Source: Enhydrobacter aerosaccus
GTDB taxonomy: Bacteria > Pseudomonadota > Alphaproteobacteria > Reyranellales > Reyranellaceae
Reading direction: 5' to 3'
Assembly: GCA_903839865.1 (NCBI GenBank)
Contig: CAIMEE010000596.1
Location: forward strand, 8,493-72,492
Length of the DNA: 64,000 bases
Below the pieces are notes generated by a model. It had not been told where the DNA came from. It saw only the letters and a list, made by a program, of their open reading frames with translations, and did not search any database. Position 1 is the stretch's first letter; every line of letters starts with the position of its first letter. Made by a program: the position numbers and the translations under genes. Below are positions 1-10,136 of the stretch, in pieces.

Positions 1-967
1 CGATGTACTGCGTCGGCAGGAACGGCTTCACCTTCGCATCGACGTAGTTCAGCGATTCGAGGTTGAGGCCGGGATAGCCGAGTTCGCTGGCATAGATCGC
101 CTGCTGCTGAGGCACCGACATCTCGGCCAGCATCTTCTGGCCCCAGTAGGCGTTCTTGGCGCCGCGCGGGATCACGAAGCTGCCCTGCTTCAGCGCGCCC
201 TGGTTCCACTCGATGGCGATCGGGCCGCCCTTCTTGATCAGGTCGTAGAAGCGGCCGTTCCAGCCGGTCGCCAGCACCACTTCCTTGTCGAGCAGGAGCT
301 GCGCCGGCTGCTGGCCGGTGCTCCACCACACGCTGACATGCGGCTTGATCTGGTCGAGCTTCTTGAACGCGCGGTCGAAGTCGATGGGGTAGATCTTGTC
401 CATCGGCACGCCGTCGGCGAGCAGCGCGAACTCGAGATTGTCGGTCGGATGGTTGCGCATCGAGCGCGCGCCAGGGAACTTCTTGACGTCCCACCAATCG
501 GCCCAGCTCTTGGGGTGGCTGTCGTTCTTGAAGACGTCGGTGCGGTAGCCGATGATCGTGGTGTAGACCGACGAGGCGAAGACGTAGGGCGTGCGCGCTT
601 TCTCGGGATACTTCGAGCGGTCGACGATCTTGTCGTCGATCTTCTCGACCAGCTTCATGTCCACGGCACGGATCGCGTCCTGGCCGCCGATCTCGGTCAT
701 GTCCCACTCGACGTTGCCGGAATCGACCATGGCGCGCAGCTTGCCGAAATCGGCCGGGCTCGTTTCCACGACCTTGATCCCGTACTTCTTTTCGTAAGTG
801 GTGAAGAACGCCTTGCGCATCGCCGTGCCCATCGAGCCACCGGAATGGTTGACAACGATCTGCGCCGGCTTAGGCGGCTCCTGGGCGAACGCGGAAGAGG
901 CGCCGGTGACGACGGCGGCACCGGCAAGACCCATTGCCTGACGGCGGCGCATATTCTTGATGTCCAT
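1..967 (-). CDS. ABC transporter substrate-binding protein, PotD/PotF (polyamine/opine)-like; 3' end runs off the window
   Basis: Manual translation from ATG at 967: MDIKNMRRRQAMGLAGAAVVTGASSAFAQEPPKPAQIVVNHSGGSMGTAMRKAFF...KLRAMVDSGNVEWD. Twin-arginine-like leader; AAAGGGGAA RBS. Absent from ORF track because it has no stop in the window. Confidence 0.85.
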   Translation of the reverse strand, partial: MDIKNMRRRQAMGLAGAAVVTGASSAFAQEPPKPAQIVVNHSGGSMGTAMRKAFFTTYEKKYGIKVVETSPADFGKLRAMVDSGNVEWDMTEIGGQDAIRAVDMKLVEKIDDKIVDRSKYPEKARTPYVFASSVYTTIIGYRTDVFKNDSHPKSWADWWDVKKFPGARSMRNHPTDNLEFALLADGVPMDKIYPIDFDRAFKKLDQIKPHVSVWWSTGQQPAQLLLDKEVVLATGWNGRFYDLIKKGGPIAIEWNQGALKQGSFVIPRGAKNAYWGQKMLAEMSVPQQQAIYASELGYPGLNLESLNYVDAKVKPFLPTQYI

Positions 968-1045
968 GGCGTTCCCCTTTTTTTTAAGTCCCGGCAAACT
1001 CTAGGAGGCAAGGCGCTCCAGAGCAACGGGATTGCAGGGCGAACG

Positions 1046-1083
1046 AAAAAGGCCCGGCGGTCGTTTCGACCACCGGGCCTTTT
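1046..1083 (-). terminator. Rho-independent terminator (probably bidirectional)
   Basis: AAAAAGGCCCGGCGGTCG-TTTC-GACCACCGGGCCTTTT; on the minus strand a GC stem with GAAA loop followed by a U-tract, about 20 nt after the stop of 1104..1367. Confidence 0.85.
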
Positions 1084-1103
1084 GAAGCGAGAGAGATGTG
1101 TGC

Positions 1104-1367
1104 TTAGCGCAGCGCCGGCGTGCCCGGAGGCGTCACAGGTGGCGCAATCACATGGCCGCTTGCGTCGAGGCGATCGCCGCGCGAGTCGTAGCGGAAGCCG
1201 TATTCGTCCTTGATCGTCGCCTCGTGCGGTGAATTCAGGTAACGCTCTTCGCGCCGCTCTTCCCGGCGCTCCCCGCGGGTCATCCCGGGATCGTAGTTTT
1301 GCGCATTCGCCACCCTGGCGAGGCCGGCAACCGCGGAGAGCGTGAGCACGATCAATCGCTTGTTCAT
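1104..1367 (-). CDS. Small secreted hypothetical protein (87 aa)
   Basis: Sec signal peptide (MNKRLIVLTLSAVAGLARVANA), AGGAGG RBS, own terminator and EcfG-like promoter. Confidence 0.8.
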   Translation of the reverse strand: MNKRLIVLTLSAVAGLARVANAQNYDPGMTRGERREERREERYLNSPHEATIKDEYGFRYDSRGDRLDASGHVIAPPVTPPGTPALR

Positions 1368-1404
1368 GATGTCCTCCTGGGTGAAATCGTCTCCCGCTTC
1401 GACT

Positions 1405-1429
1405 AACGTCAGGCGACGATGCCCGTTGC
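1405..1429 (-). promoter_or_regulatory. Candidate EcfG/SigT (general stress) promoter
   Basis: Minus strand GCAAC-N16-CGTT upstream of the 87-aa gene; consensus GGAAC-N16/17-CGTT. Confidence 0.55.
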
Positions 1430-1491
1430 GCGGAAAATAGCGGCGGTTGCCGGATTTCAGACATAAACTCAGCCCCGTGAGGTCCCGCTCA

Positions 1492-2394
1492 ATGCCGATT
1501 GTCCTGTCCGAGAATTTCCGCGCTTTCTTCTATTCACCGTTCTACGCCGCTTATGCGACAGGCGCGTTCACCGACGCCGGTGTCGAAGTGGTTCTGAAAC
1601 CCTCGCCCAGCCCCGAAGCCGCGGCCAAGGCGCTGCGCGCGGGCGAGGTCGACGTGATGTGGGGCGGGCCGCTGCGCGTCATGATCGTGCAGGATCGCGA
1701 ACCGGGCGCCGACCTGGTCTGCTTCTGCGACGTGGTGGCGCGCGATCCCTTCTTCATCATCGGCGCTCGGCCCAGGCCCGACTTCAAATTCGCCGATCTC
1801 GCGCCGCTCAAGTTGGCAACGGTCTGCGAAGTGCCGACGCCGTGGATCTGCCTCGCCAACGATATCCGGCAAGCCGGCGTCGACCCCAACAGCCTCAATC
1901 GCGTCACCGACAAGACCATGGCCGAGAACGAGGCGGCGTTGCGCGCCGGCACGGTCGACGCCGTCCAGGTGTTCCAGCCCTACGCGGAGCGGCTGATCGC
2001 CTCGGGCGCCGGTCATGTCTGGAATGCCGCCGCGACGCGAGGGCTGACCGCCTATACGACCCTGGTCACCCGGCGCGAGACGCTCGCGAAGCGGGCTGAC
2101 GATCTGCTGGCCATGACGCGTGCCATGCATCGCACGTTGAAATGGTTTGCCACGACCCCGGCGCCGGAGATCGCGCGCCTGCTCAAAGACTTCTTTCCAG
2201 ACGTCGAGGCGCCGATCTTTGCCGCGGCTATCGACCGCTATCGCGCGCTGGGCCTGTGGGCCACCGATCCGGTCGTACGCCGGGAGGGCTATGACCGGCT
2301 GCACGCGGCGATGCGTGCGTTCGGGACACTGAGCCGCGACATCGCCTTCGAAGACTGCGTCGACACCAGGCTCGCCGAACGGGCGATGGGCTGA
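1492..2394 (+). CDS. NMT1/THI5/SsuA-like substrate-binding-fold protein
   Basis: MPIVLSENFRAFFYSPFYAA...WGGP...QPY pattern typical of the NMT1/THI5 family; start at ATG 1492; no signal peptide. Confidence 0.8.
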   Translation: MPIVLSENFRAFFYSPFYAAYATGAFTDAGVEVVLKPSPSPEAAAKALRAGEVDVMWGGPLRVMIVQDREPGADLVCFCDVVARDPFFIIGARPRPDFKFADLAPLKLATVCEVPTPWICLANDIRQAGVDPNSLNRVTDKTMAENEAALRAGTVDAVQVFQPYAERLIASGAGHVWNAAATRGLTAYTTLVTRRETLAKRADDLLAMTRAMHRTLKWFATTPAPEIARLLKDFFPDVEAPIFAAAIDRYRALGLWATDPVVRREGYDRLHAAMRAFGTLSRDIAFEDCVDTRLAERAMG

Positions 2395-2409
2395 GAATTG
2401 GGGACCGTA

Positions 2410-3309
2410 ATGCGATCGATCGGAACATTGCTGGCGTTGCTGCTTCTCTCCACTGGTGCCTGGGCAGAGAATGGCCTGCAGCGCTTCGAACGCGAGGTGA
2501 AGCCACAACTGGAACTCGAGAAGCTGTCATACAGCGGTGCCGAGTCGCTGGGCGAACAGGGCTTCATCCTGAACGACGTCGTCGCAGTGGTACCGGCCTC
2601 GCCTCAAACCGACAACAAGCGCACCACGATCAGGATCGACAAGGTGACCGTCGACTCCGCCGACTTCGATCGTTTCAAGGCGAGCAACAAGGACGACCTG
2701 CCGCGCTTCCTCAGGATGAAGTTCGAAGGCGTGACCGGCGACGAGGCCACCTCCCGTTCGCTGGCCGCCTATGGGCTGCCAAAGGCGCCGGCCGACTTCG
2801 CCCTCGACTACAAGCTCGATCCTGCCGCCAAGCGCCTCACCGTGGAGAAACTCGAGATCGGCCTGCGCGGATTGGGCCGCATCGAGCTGTCCCTCGTGAT
2901 CGACGGTGTGAGCGACAAGGCAAGCGAAGTCGAGGACGCCAAGGATAGCGGCCGGCTGCAGAGCGCGTCGCTCACGATCGACGACAAGGGCCTCCTTGCC
3001 CAGCTCCTCGTCGCAGGCGCCACAAGCCAGGGCAACAAGCCGGAGGATCTGGTGGCGCTCGGCCTGCTGACCCTCACGAGCCTCACGGGCCAGCAGGATG
3101 CCGAATCGATGAAGGCGTTCGACGCGGTGGCTTCGTTCGTCGGCGACTGGCGATCGCCCAAGGGGCCGATCACCCTCACCGTGAAGCCCGTCAAGGGAGC
3201 GAGCTTTGCCGACGTGGGCGCCCTCCTGATGCCCAACGCGCTGCGCGAGAGTCTCGGCCTCTCGGTGACCTACGCCGGCACGCGCGCAGGTGCCGCTGCC
3301 CCAAAGTAA
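2410..3309 (+). CDS. Exported hypothetical protein
   Basis: Long ORF with host-like codon bias and Sec signal (MRSIGTLLALLLLSTGAWA). Confidence 0.75.
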   Translation: MRSIGTLLALLLLSTGAWAENGLQRFEREVKPQLELEKLSYSGAESLGEQGFILNDVVAVVPASPQTDNKRTTIRIDKVTVDSADFDRFKASNKDDLPRFLRMKFEGVTGDEATSRSLAAYGLPKAPADFALDYKLDPAAKRLTVEKLEIGLRGLGRIELSLVIDGVSDKASEVEDAKDSGRLQSASLTIDDKGLLAQLLVAGATSQGNKPEDLVALGLLTLTSLTGQQDAESMKAFDAVASFVGDWRSPKGPITLTVKPVKGASFADVGALLMPNALRESLGLSVTYAGTRAGAAAPK

Positions 3310-3357
3310 AGGCGCATGACAAGGGGCGGCGGCGAAAAAACTGCGGCCCAAATGCCG

Positions 3358-3383
3358 GCAACCCGGCTCCTTCGCGGGGCGTT
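3358..3383 (+). promoter_or_regulatory. Candidate EcfG/SigT promoter
   Basis: GCAAC-N17-CGTT 57 nt upstream of the Q/N-rich small ORF. Confidence 0.45.
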
Positions 3384-3440
3384 TTTCCTGTGTGACGGCC
3401 ATGTCGGCCGTCGCCAGCGAACGACGAAGGAGTTGAAGCC

Positions 3441-3611
3441 ATGAACCAGAGCAACAACAACCAGAACCCGTCGCAGCAGCAGCGCGAGCAACAGCAGCGC
3501 GAGCAGCAGAACCAGCAGAACCAGGGTCAGAAGTCCGGCCAGCCGGGCCAGAAGCCGGGCGGGCAGAGCGCAAACAGGGATGACCAGAACAAGGACAGTC
3601 AGAAGCGCTAG
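3441..3611 (+). CDS. Small Gln/Asn-rich hydrophilic protein (56 aa), not in ORF track
   Basis: GAAGGAG RBS then MNQSNNNQNPSQQQREQQQREQQNQQNQGQKSGQPGQKPGGQSANRDDQNKDSQKR*; followed by a hairpin terminator. Confidence 0.8.
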   Translation: MNQSNNNQNPSQQQREQQQREQQNQQNQGQKSGQPGQKPGGQSANRDDQNKDSQKR

Positions 3612-3643
3612 CGAGCGCTGAGTGCGTCATCCGTTGCATTGAG

Positions 3644-3676
3644 GGAATGCCCGCCGCGCGGCGGGCATTCCTTTCT
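3644..3676 (+). terminator. Hairpin terminator after Q/N-rich ORF
   Basis: Perfect 28-bp palindrome GGAATGCCCGCCGC|GCGGCGGGCATTCC followed by TTTCT. Confidence 0.65.
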
Positions 3677-3696
3677 CTGCTGAAAGTAAACGAACC

Positions 3697-3888
3697 ATGA
3701 TCGAGAGCAATCCCGTCCCCGCCGGAGATCCGGTGCCCGGAGCACTACCGACACCTGGCAAGACACAGCCGCTTCCGCCTGAAATGCCGGTGCCCGGTAT
3801 TCCAGGACCTGAGGACGCGCCGCCGCAGCCCACTCATCCGGGCGGGCCTCCGTCGCCCACAGCCGAGCGGTGGACGACTACTCTTTGA
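3697..3888 (+). CDS. Possible small proline-rich protein (63 aa)
   Basis: Pro-rich ORF filling the gap between terminator and convergent permease; weak RBS; overlaps the permease 3' end by 11 nt. Confidence 0.45.
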   Translation: MIESNPVPAGDPVPGALPTPGKTQPLPPEMPVPGIPGPEDAPPQPTHPGGPPSPTAERWTTTL

Positions 3889-4783
3889 CTGCGCCGGTCA
3901 GCGACGAGACGTAATAGTCCACGAAGAACGAATAGAAGATCGCCACGGGCAGCGAGCCCAGCAGCGAGCCCGCCATCAGCGAACCCCACTGGTAGACGTC
4001 GCCGGACACGAGCTCCGTCAGGATGGCGACCGACACGGTCTTCTTTTCGCTGCTCTGGATGAAGGCCAGCGCGTAGATGAACTCGTTCCAGGAAAGCGTG
4101 AACGAAAAGATGCCGGCCGAGATCAGGCCCGGGACGGCGAGCGGCAGTGTGATGCGGCGCAGGATCTGCAGGCGCGTGGCGCCGTCGATCAGCGCGCACT
4201 CCTCCAGCTCGTACGGGATCGACTTGAAATAGCCGATCAGCAGCCAGGTGCTGAACGGCACCAGGAACGTCGGATAGGTCAGGATCAGCGCCAGCGGCGA
4301 ATCGAACAGGCCGAGCTGGTAGATCGTAGTGGCGAGCGGAATGAACAGGATCGACGGCGGCACGAGGTAGGCGAGATAAATGCCGAGGCCGACGTATTGG
4401 CTGCCCTTGAAGCGCAGGCGCTGGATCGCGTAGGCCGCCAGCACGCTGGAGAACAGCGACAGCGTCGTCGAGCAGACGGCCACGACCATGGTCGTCACCA
4501 GCCAGTGCGGATAGGCGGTCTCGAACAGCAGGTGCTTGATGTGCTGCAGCGTCGGGCTGCCGATCAGGAACGGATTGAACTTCTTGTAGTCGTAGAGCTC
4601 GGCGTTCGGCTTGAACGACGTCACCGCCATCCAATAGAACGGGAACAGCAGCACGACCACGAACAGCGCGAGCGGCAGGTAGATCGTCACCATCCGCCGG
4701 GTGCGGCTGTCCCACGACATCTGGTCGGGAGTGACGGTCGCCTTCGACGGGACCTCCGGGGAAGCCGTGGTCACGTCAGTCAT
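3878..4783 (-). CDS. Carbohydrate ABC transporter permease (MalG/UgpE-like)
   Basis: EAA motif ELEECALIDGATRLQ; SWNEFIYAL; multiple TM segments. Confidence 0.93.
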   Translation of the reverse strand: MTDVTTASPEVPSKATVTPDQMSWDSRTRRMVTIYLPLALFVVVLLFPFYWMAVTSFKPNAELYDYKKFNPFLIGSPTLQHIKHLLFETAYPHWLVTTMVVAVCSTTLSLFSSVLAAYAIQRLRFKGSQYVGLGIYLAYLVPPSILFIPLATTIYQLGLFDSPLALILTYPTFLVPFSTWLLIGYFKSIPYELEECALIDGATRLQILRRITLPLAVPGLISAGIFSFTLSWNEFIYALAFIQSSEKKTVSVAILTELVSGDVYQWGSLMAGSLLGSLPVAIFYSFFVDYYVSSLTGAVKE

Positions 4784-5732
4784 TGGCCTCTCCCTGCTGC
4801 CACTTGCGACGCGCGAGGGCGAAATAGCTGAACAACGTGGCGGCCACGAGGAACGGGATCATGGCGACGGCAATCGCGGCACCCTCGCCCAACTCGCCGC
4901 CCGAGATGCCGCGCTGGAAGGCCAGCGTCGCCATCAGATGGGTGGAGTTCAGCGGACCGCCGCGCGTGATCGCGTAGACCAGCTGGAAGTCGGTGAAGGT
5001 GAAGATGATCGAGAAGGTCATCACGATCGCCAGGATCGGCAGCAGCAGCGGAAAGGTGATGTAGCGGAACCGCTGCCACGCCGTCGAACCGTCGAGCAAC
5101 GCCGCCTCGTAGAGCGACGGCGAGATGGTCTGCAGGCCGGCCAGCAGCGAGATCGCCACGAACGGAATGCCGCGCCAGATGTTGGCCGCGATCAGCGACC
5201 AGCGCGCGGGCCAGACGGTGCTGAGGAAGTCGAAGGGCGTCGTGCGGATGTGCAGGATATCGATGGCGAGATAGGAGAAGATCGAGAACTGCGGATCGTA
5301 GAGCCACCAGAACGCCAGCGCCGACAGCACGGTCGGCACGATCCACGGCAGCAGGATGATGGCGCGCAGCAGGCTCTTGAACGGGACGTGGTTGTTGAGC
5401 AGCAACGCGAGCCAGAGACCCAGCGCGAATTTCCCGAACGTCGCGACGCCCGTATAGAAGACACTGTAGAAGACCGCGCTCCAGAACTGCGGGTCTTCGA
5501 ACAGGTACTCGAAGTTATCGAGGCCGACGTACTTGCCGGCGCCGCCGATCTTGGTGTCGGTGAAGGACAGCCAGATTCCGAGACCCAGCGGATAGGTGAG
5601 GAAGACCAGCAGCAGGCCGAGCGCCGGGAGCAGGCACATGAAGACGAGGAACGGCTTGTAGTCGAACAGGCGCGCCAGCCAGTTCGGCTGGGGCCGTGCG
5701 CGGGTCCAATCGGTCATCGTGGCGACGGTCAT
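4776..5732 (-). CDS. Carbohydrate ABC transporter permease (MalF/UgpA-like)
   Basis: LYEAALLDGSTAWQRFRYITFP EAA motif; TRGGP. Confidence 0.93.
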   Translation of the reverse strand: MTVATMTDWTRARPQPNWLARLFDYKPFLVFMCLLPALGLLLVFLTYPLGLGIWLSFTDTKIGGAGKYVGLDNFEYLFEDPQFWSAVFYSVFYTGVATFGKFALGLWLALLLNNHVPFKSLLRAIILLPWIVPTVLSALAFWWLYDPQFSIFSYLAIDILHIRTTPFDFLSTVWPARWSLIAANIWRGIPFVAISLLAGLQTISPSLYEAALLDGSTAWQRFRYITFPLLLPILAIVMTFSIIFTFTDFQLVYAITRGGPLNSTHLMATLAFQRGISGGELGEGAAIAVAMIPFLVAATLFSYFALARRKWQQGEAND

Positions 5733-5753
5733 CTTTCCTCCGGGAAGAAGATG

Positions 5754-5787
5754 GGAGCGGCGCGGCCGTTGCCGGCCACGCCGCTCC
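5754..5787. repeat. Intra-operon stem-loop between SBP and permease
   Basis: GGAGCGGCG-CGGCCG-TTGC-CGGCCA-CGCCGCTCC inverted repeat with no U-tract; typical mRNA-stabilising hairpin. Confidence 0.6.
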
Positions 5788-5795
5788 GGTATCGT

Positions 5796-7130
5796 TTAGC
5801 GGTAGTAGCGCTTGGTCCGGCGCTCCGCTTCCTTGGCGGCGTCTTCCGGCGTCGCCGCGCCCGAGGCCACGGAGGCGAACATCTGGACCATGATGTACTC
5901 GGCCTGGACGGTGCCGGCGGCCTGGGTGATCGGGCCCTTGTAGCCAGTCCAGTACTTGTTATCCATGGTATCGCGGAAGATCGCGATCTTGGGATCGCTC
6001 GCCCACACCTTGCTCTTGGCGTAGGCCTTGAGCGGATGCGCCCAGTAGCCGAGGCAGCCGGTCAGCCACGGATCGTACTGCTCCGCTTCCATCATGTAGG
6101 TGAGATAGGCCTTGGCGGCGTTCGGGTACTTGGTGTGCTTCAGCACCATGCCGTTCAGCACCGTGGCCGACATCGGCGCCGACGTGGCGACTCCCTGCAC
6201 GAGATTTGCGTGCATCGTGTCGTCGGCGACCTCCTTGGTCGCGGGATCGTTCTTCAGCGCAAAGTAGAGCGACACGCCGTTCGCCGTGAAGAAGAGCTCC
6301 TTCGACGCATAGGCCCGGTTGTTGCTGATGTCGTTCCACGACATCGTGCCCGGGATGAACGTCGGATAGAGTTCCTTGACGAACTTCAGCGCGTTGATCG
6401 TCTCCTTGCTGTTCAGCGTGACCTTGCCCTCTTCATCGACGAGGGTCGCGCCGTGGCTCCACAGCATCCAGTTTGCGAAGCCGTTGGCATCGCCCACCGC
6501 GTTGCCGAGCGCGAAGCCCGCGGGCTTGTTGATCTTCTTGAGGTCCTGGCAGAGTTTCAGCAGGCCGGCATGGTCGGTCGGGACCTTGTCGTGGCCCGCT
6601 TCCTTGAGCGCCGAGACACGATAGACCAGCGGTCCGCCCGAGCCGCCCATCGGCAGGCCGATCCAGTTGTTGGTCTTGGCCTTCTTGCCGTACTTCTCGC
6701 CGAGGAACGACCAGCCGCCATACTTCTTGCCGAGGTACTCGGCGATGTCGCTGAGCTCGAGCACCTTGTCGGCATAGATGTGCGGGCTCTCGGCCCAGCC
6801 GATGATGACGTCGGGGCCCGCGCCGGTGTTGGCGGAGACGGCGGTCTGCTGGGTGATGTCCTCCCAGCCCACGAGGTCGACCTTGACCTCGACACCGAAC
6901 TCCTTGGCGAACTTCGCCGAGTTGGCGCGGAAGATGACTTCATCGGGCTCGACGAACTTCGCGGGACGGATCAGGCGCAGGGTCGCGCCCTTCTCGATCG
7001 GCAGATTGGGGGCCTTCACGTCGCCCTTGGGAATATCCTGGCCGGTGGCCTGGCGCGCCATCGCCAGACCCATCGCCAGCACCGAAGCACCGCCGAGCAG
7101 GGCCTCACGTCGTTTGATAATGAACGCCAT
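5796..7130 (-). CDS. Carbohydrate ABC transporter substrate-binding protein (Tat-exported)
   Basis: KRREALLGG Tat leader; SBP family 1 features (GAGPDV); position in the operon. Confidence 0.9.
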   Translation of the reverse strand: MAFIIKRREALLGGASVLAMGLAMARQATGQDIPKGDVKAPNLPIEKGATLRLIRPAKFVEPDEVIFRANSAKFAKEFGVEVKVDLVGWEDITQQTAVSANTGAGPDVIIGWAESPHIYADKVLELSDIAEYLGKKYGGWSFLGEKYGKKAKTNNWIGLPMGGSGGPLVYRVSALKEAGHDKVPTDHAGLLKLCQDLKKINKPAGFALGNAVGDANGFANWMLWSHGATLVDEEGKVTLNSKETINALKFVKELYPTFIPGTMSWNDISNNRAYASKELFFTANGVSLYFALKNDPATKEVADDTMHANLVQGVATSAPMSATVLNGMVLKHTKYPNAAKAYLTYMMEAEQYDPWLTGCLGYWAHPLKAYAKSKVWASDPKIAIFRDTMDNKYWTGYKGPITQAAGTVQAEYIMVQMFASVASGAATPEDAAKEAERRTKRYYR

Positions 7131-7157
7131 TTTCGCTTCCTCCTTGAAGTTTCTTGA

Positions 7158-8210
<1,053 letters not shown>

Positions 8211-8410
8211 TACGCCTCCCACACACGGCAGCAGCGCTGCCTTAACTCTACAATCCGGCTCTTCCGTCCGGTGGTCGCACTGATCATAGCAAACCGCACC
8301 AAGAGTGCGAGCCATGACTAACGCAATGGTGAGCCGGTTACCACGCCCCATCGCTTGTCGGAAATTCGCACCACCGCCATGATGGGCGACCTTCACCGGG
8401 GAGATCGATC

Positions 8411-8809
8411 ATGAATATCACCATCCTTCCGGCGTCCTGGACGCCGTATCTGCTGAGCGTCCTGCGCTTCGTCACGGGTCTGACCCTGCTCCAGCACGGC
8501 ACCGGCAAGATCCTGCACTTTCCCGCGGGCGTTGTGCCGCCCACCTTCGCCCTGAATTCGTGGCCGGGCTATGCGGGCGTCATCGAACTCATCTGCGGCA
8601 TCCTCCTGGTGCTGGGCCTGCTCACGCGGCCTGCCGCCTTCCTCGCCTCCGGCATGACGGCTGTCGCCTACTTCATGGTGCACGCACCGCAAGGCTTCTA
8701 TCCCATTCTCAACAAGGGCGAGCTCGCCGTCGTCTACTGCTTCGTCTTCCTCTACCTCTGCGCTGCCGGTCCCGGCCCGTGGAGCATCGACGCCAAGATG
8801 AAGAAGTAA
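8411..8809 (+). CDS. DoxX family membrane protein
   Basis: LRFVTGL...HGTGK, IELICGILLVLGLLTRPAAF, AYFMVH, GPGPWSID motifs. Confidence 0.9.
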   Translation: MNITILPASWTPYLLSVLRFVTGLTLLQHGTGKILHFPAGVVPPTFALNSWPGYAGVIELICGILLVLGLLTRPAAFLASGMTAVAYFMVHAPQGFYPILNKGELAVVYCFVFLYLCAAGPGPWSIDAKMKK

Positions 8810-9784
8810 GTGCGGCGTCGCACTCTCCTCCTCGGCACGGCTGCCGCGACCGGCGCGACCCATCTCGGGCCGACGATCGCGCGCGGCCAGGCCCGTTGGA
8901 AGGCCGACAGGCCGATCACGATCTACAATCCGTTTGCCGCCGGCGGCGGCACGGACGTGCACCTGCGCCTCCTCGGCGAGACAGCTGGTCCAATCCTGGG
9001 CCAGCCGATCCTCATCGACTCGCGCCCCGGTGCGGCCGGCACGTTAGCGCCGGCGCTGCTGCTGAACGCCAAGCCGGACGGGCACACGCTCGCCTGCATG
9101 AGCATCAACAGCCTGCGCTACCCCCACTACCAGCCAACCAACTGGAACCCGGTGCGCGACTTCACCTACATCATCGGGTTGACCGGCTACACGATCGGCA
9201 TCGTCGTGCGCGCGGATGCACCTTGGAAGACGCTGGACGAACTGATCGCGGCGGCCAGGAAAGAGCCCGACAAGTACAACTACGCCACCAGCGGCATCGG
9301 CGGCACGGGCCAGTTCACCATGATCGAGATCGAGCAGTCGACCGGCGCGAAGTTCACCCATGTTCCCTACAAGGGCACGGCGGAGTGGTCGCAGGCGCTG
9401 CTCTCGGGCGAAGTCCATTTCATCTGCGATGGCGCGCAGTGGGCACCCTTCGTCGATGCCGGCAAGTTCCGCATCCTCGCCATGGCGACCGAGCAGCGCG
9501 TTCCCAAATACAAGGACGTGCCGACCCTGATCGAGCGCGGCATCAACGTCGTGGGCCAGAGTCCCTACGGCCTTGTGGCCCCCAAGGACCTGCCGGCCAA
9601 CATCGTCGAGGCCGTCCACCTCGCCTTCAAGGAGGCGATGAAGGACCCGCGGGTCGATGCGCTTCTCGACTCCTACATCCAGGCGCCGTGGTACAAGAGT
9701 CCGGCCGAGTATCGCGCCTACACCGAGAAGTACTTCGTCGACGTGAAGCCGCTGCTCGTCAAGGCAGGCCTCGCCAAAGGGTAA
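8810..9784 (+). CDS. Bug/TctC tripartite tricarboxylate transporter substrate-binding protein
   Basis: Tat-like leader, PFAAGGGTD, PGAAG, KPDGHT, HVPYKG motifs. Confidence 0.92.
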   Translation: MRRRTLLLGTAAATGATHLGPTIARGQARWKADRPITIYNPFAAGGGTDVHLRLLGETAGPILGQPILIDSRPGAAGTLAPALLLNAKPDGHTLACMSINSLRYPHYQPTNWNPVRDFTYIIGLTGYTIGIVVRADAPWKTLDELIAAARKEPDKYNYATSGIGGTGQFTMIEIEQSTGAKFTHVPYKGTAEWSQALLSGEVHFICDGAQWAPFVDAGKFRILAMATEQRVPKYKDVPTLIERGINVVGQSPYGLVAPKDLPANIVEAVHLAFKEAMKDPRVDALLDSYIQAPWYKSPAEYRAYTEKYFVDVKPLLVKAGLAKG

Positions 9785-9796
9785 GAAGGAACAGCA

Positions 9797-10135
9797 ATGG
9801 CATTGAAGCGCGTCGCCCTGGAGATCGGAATGGGCACCGACATTCGCGGCGGCGACTACACCAAGGCCGCCGTGCGCGCCCTCAAGGACGCGCTGTGGCA
9901 CAACTCGCTCACCGTCGCGACCGCCCTCGGCAAGTCGAGCGACGACATGCAGGTCGAGGTCCAGATCGGCGTGCCCCAGCCTGACAAGGTCGACACCGCA
10001 CAGGTGCTGGCGGTGCTGCCGCACGGCACCGGCACGGTGAAGGTGATGCAGGGTGGTCTCGAGATCATGAACGAGGCCGGCACCGACAAGACGGTGATCG
10101 CCCAGGCGGCCGCCATCGTGCGATTGGATCTCTGA
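9797..10135 (+). CDS. Lin0512 family protein (copy 1)
   Basis: EIGMGTDIRGGDYTKAAVRALKDALWHNSL signature. Confidence 0.88.
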   Translation: MALKRVALEIGMGTDIRGGDYTKAAVRALKDALWHNSLTVATALGKSSDDMQVEVQIGVPQPDKVDTAQVLAVLPHGTGTVKVMQGGLEIMNEAGTDKTVIAQAAAIVRLDL

Positions 10136-10136
10136 C

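Noticed and set aside
338-1213. Long plus-strand ORF and many similar long ORFs (e.g. 4701..7157, 32051..34579, 46794..49568, 54423..56570)
   Set aside because: Antisense or off-frame shadows of well-supported genes, expected in high-GC DNA; no recognisable motifs.
3471-3530. Short repeats (CAGCAGCGCGAG) as a possible CRISPR or VNTR; also the His-codon repeats near 53020-53066
   Set aside because: Explained by low-complexity coding sequence; no repeat-spacer structure or cas genes.
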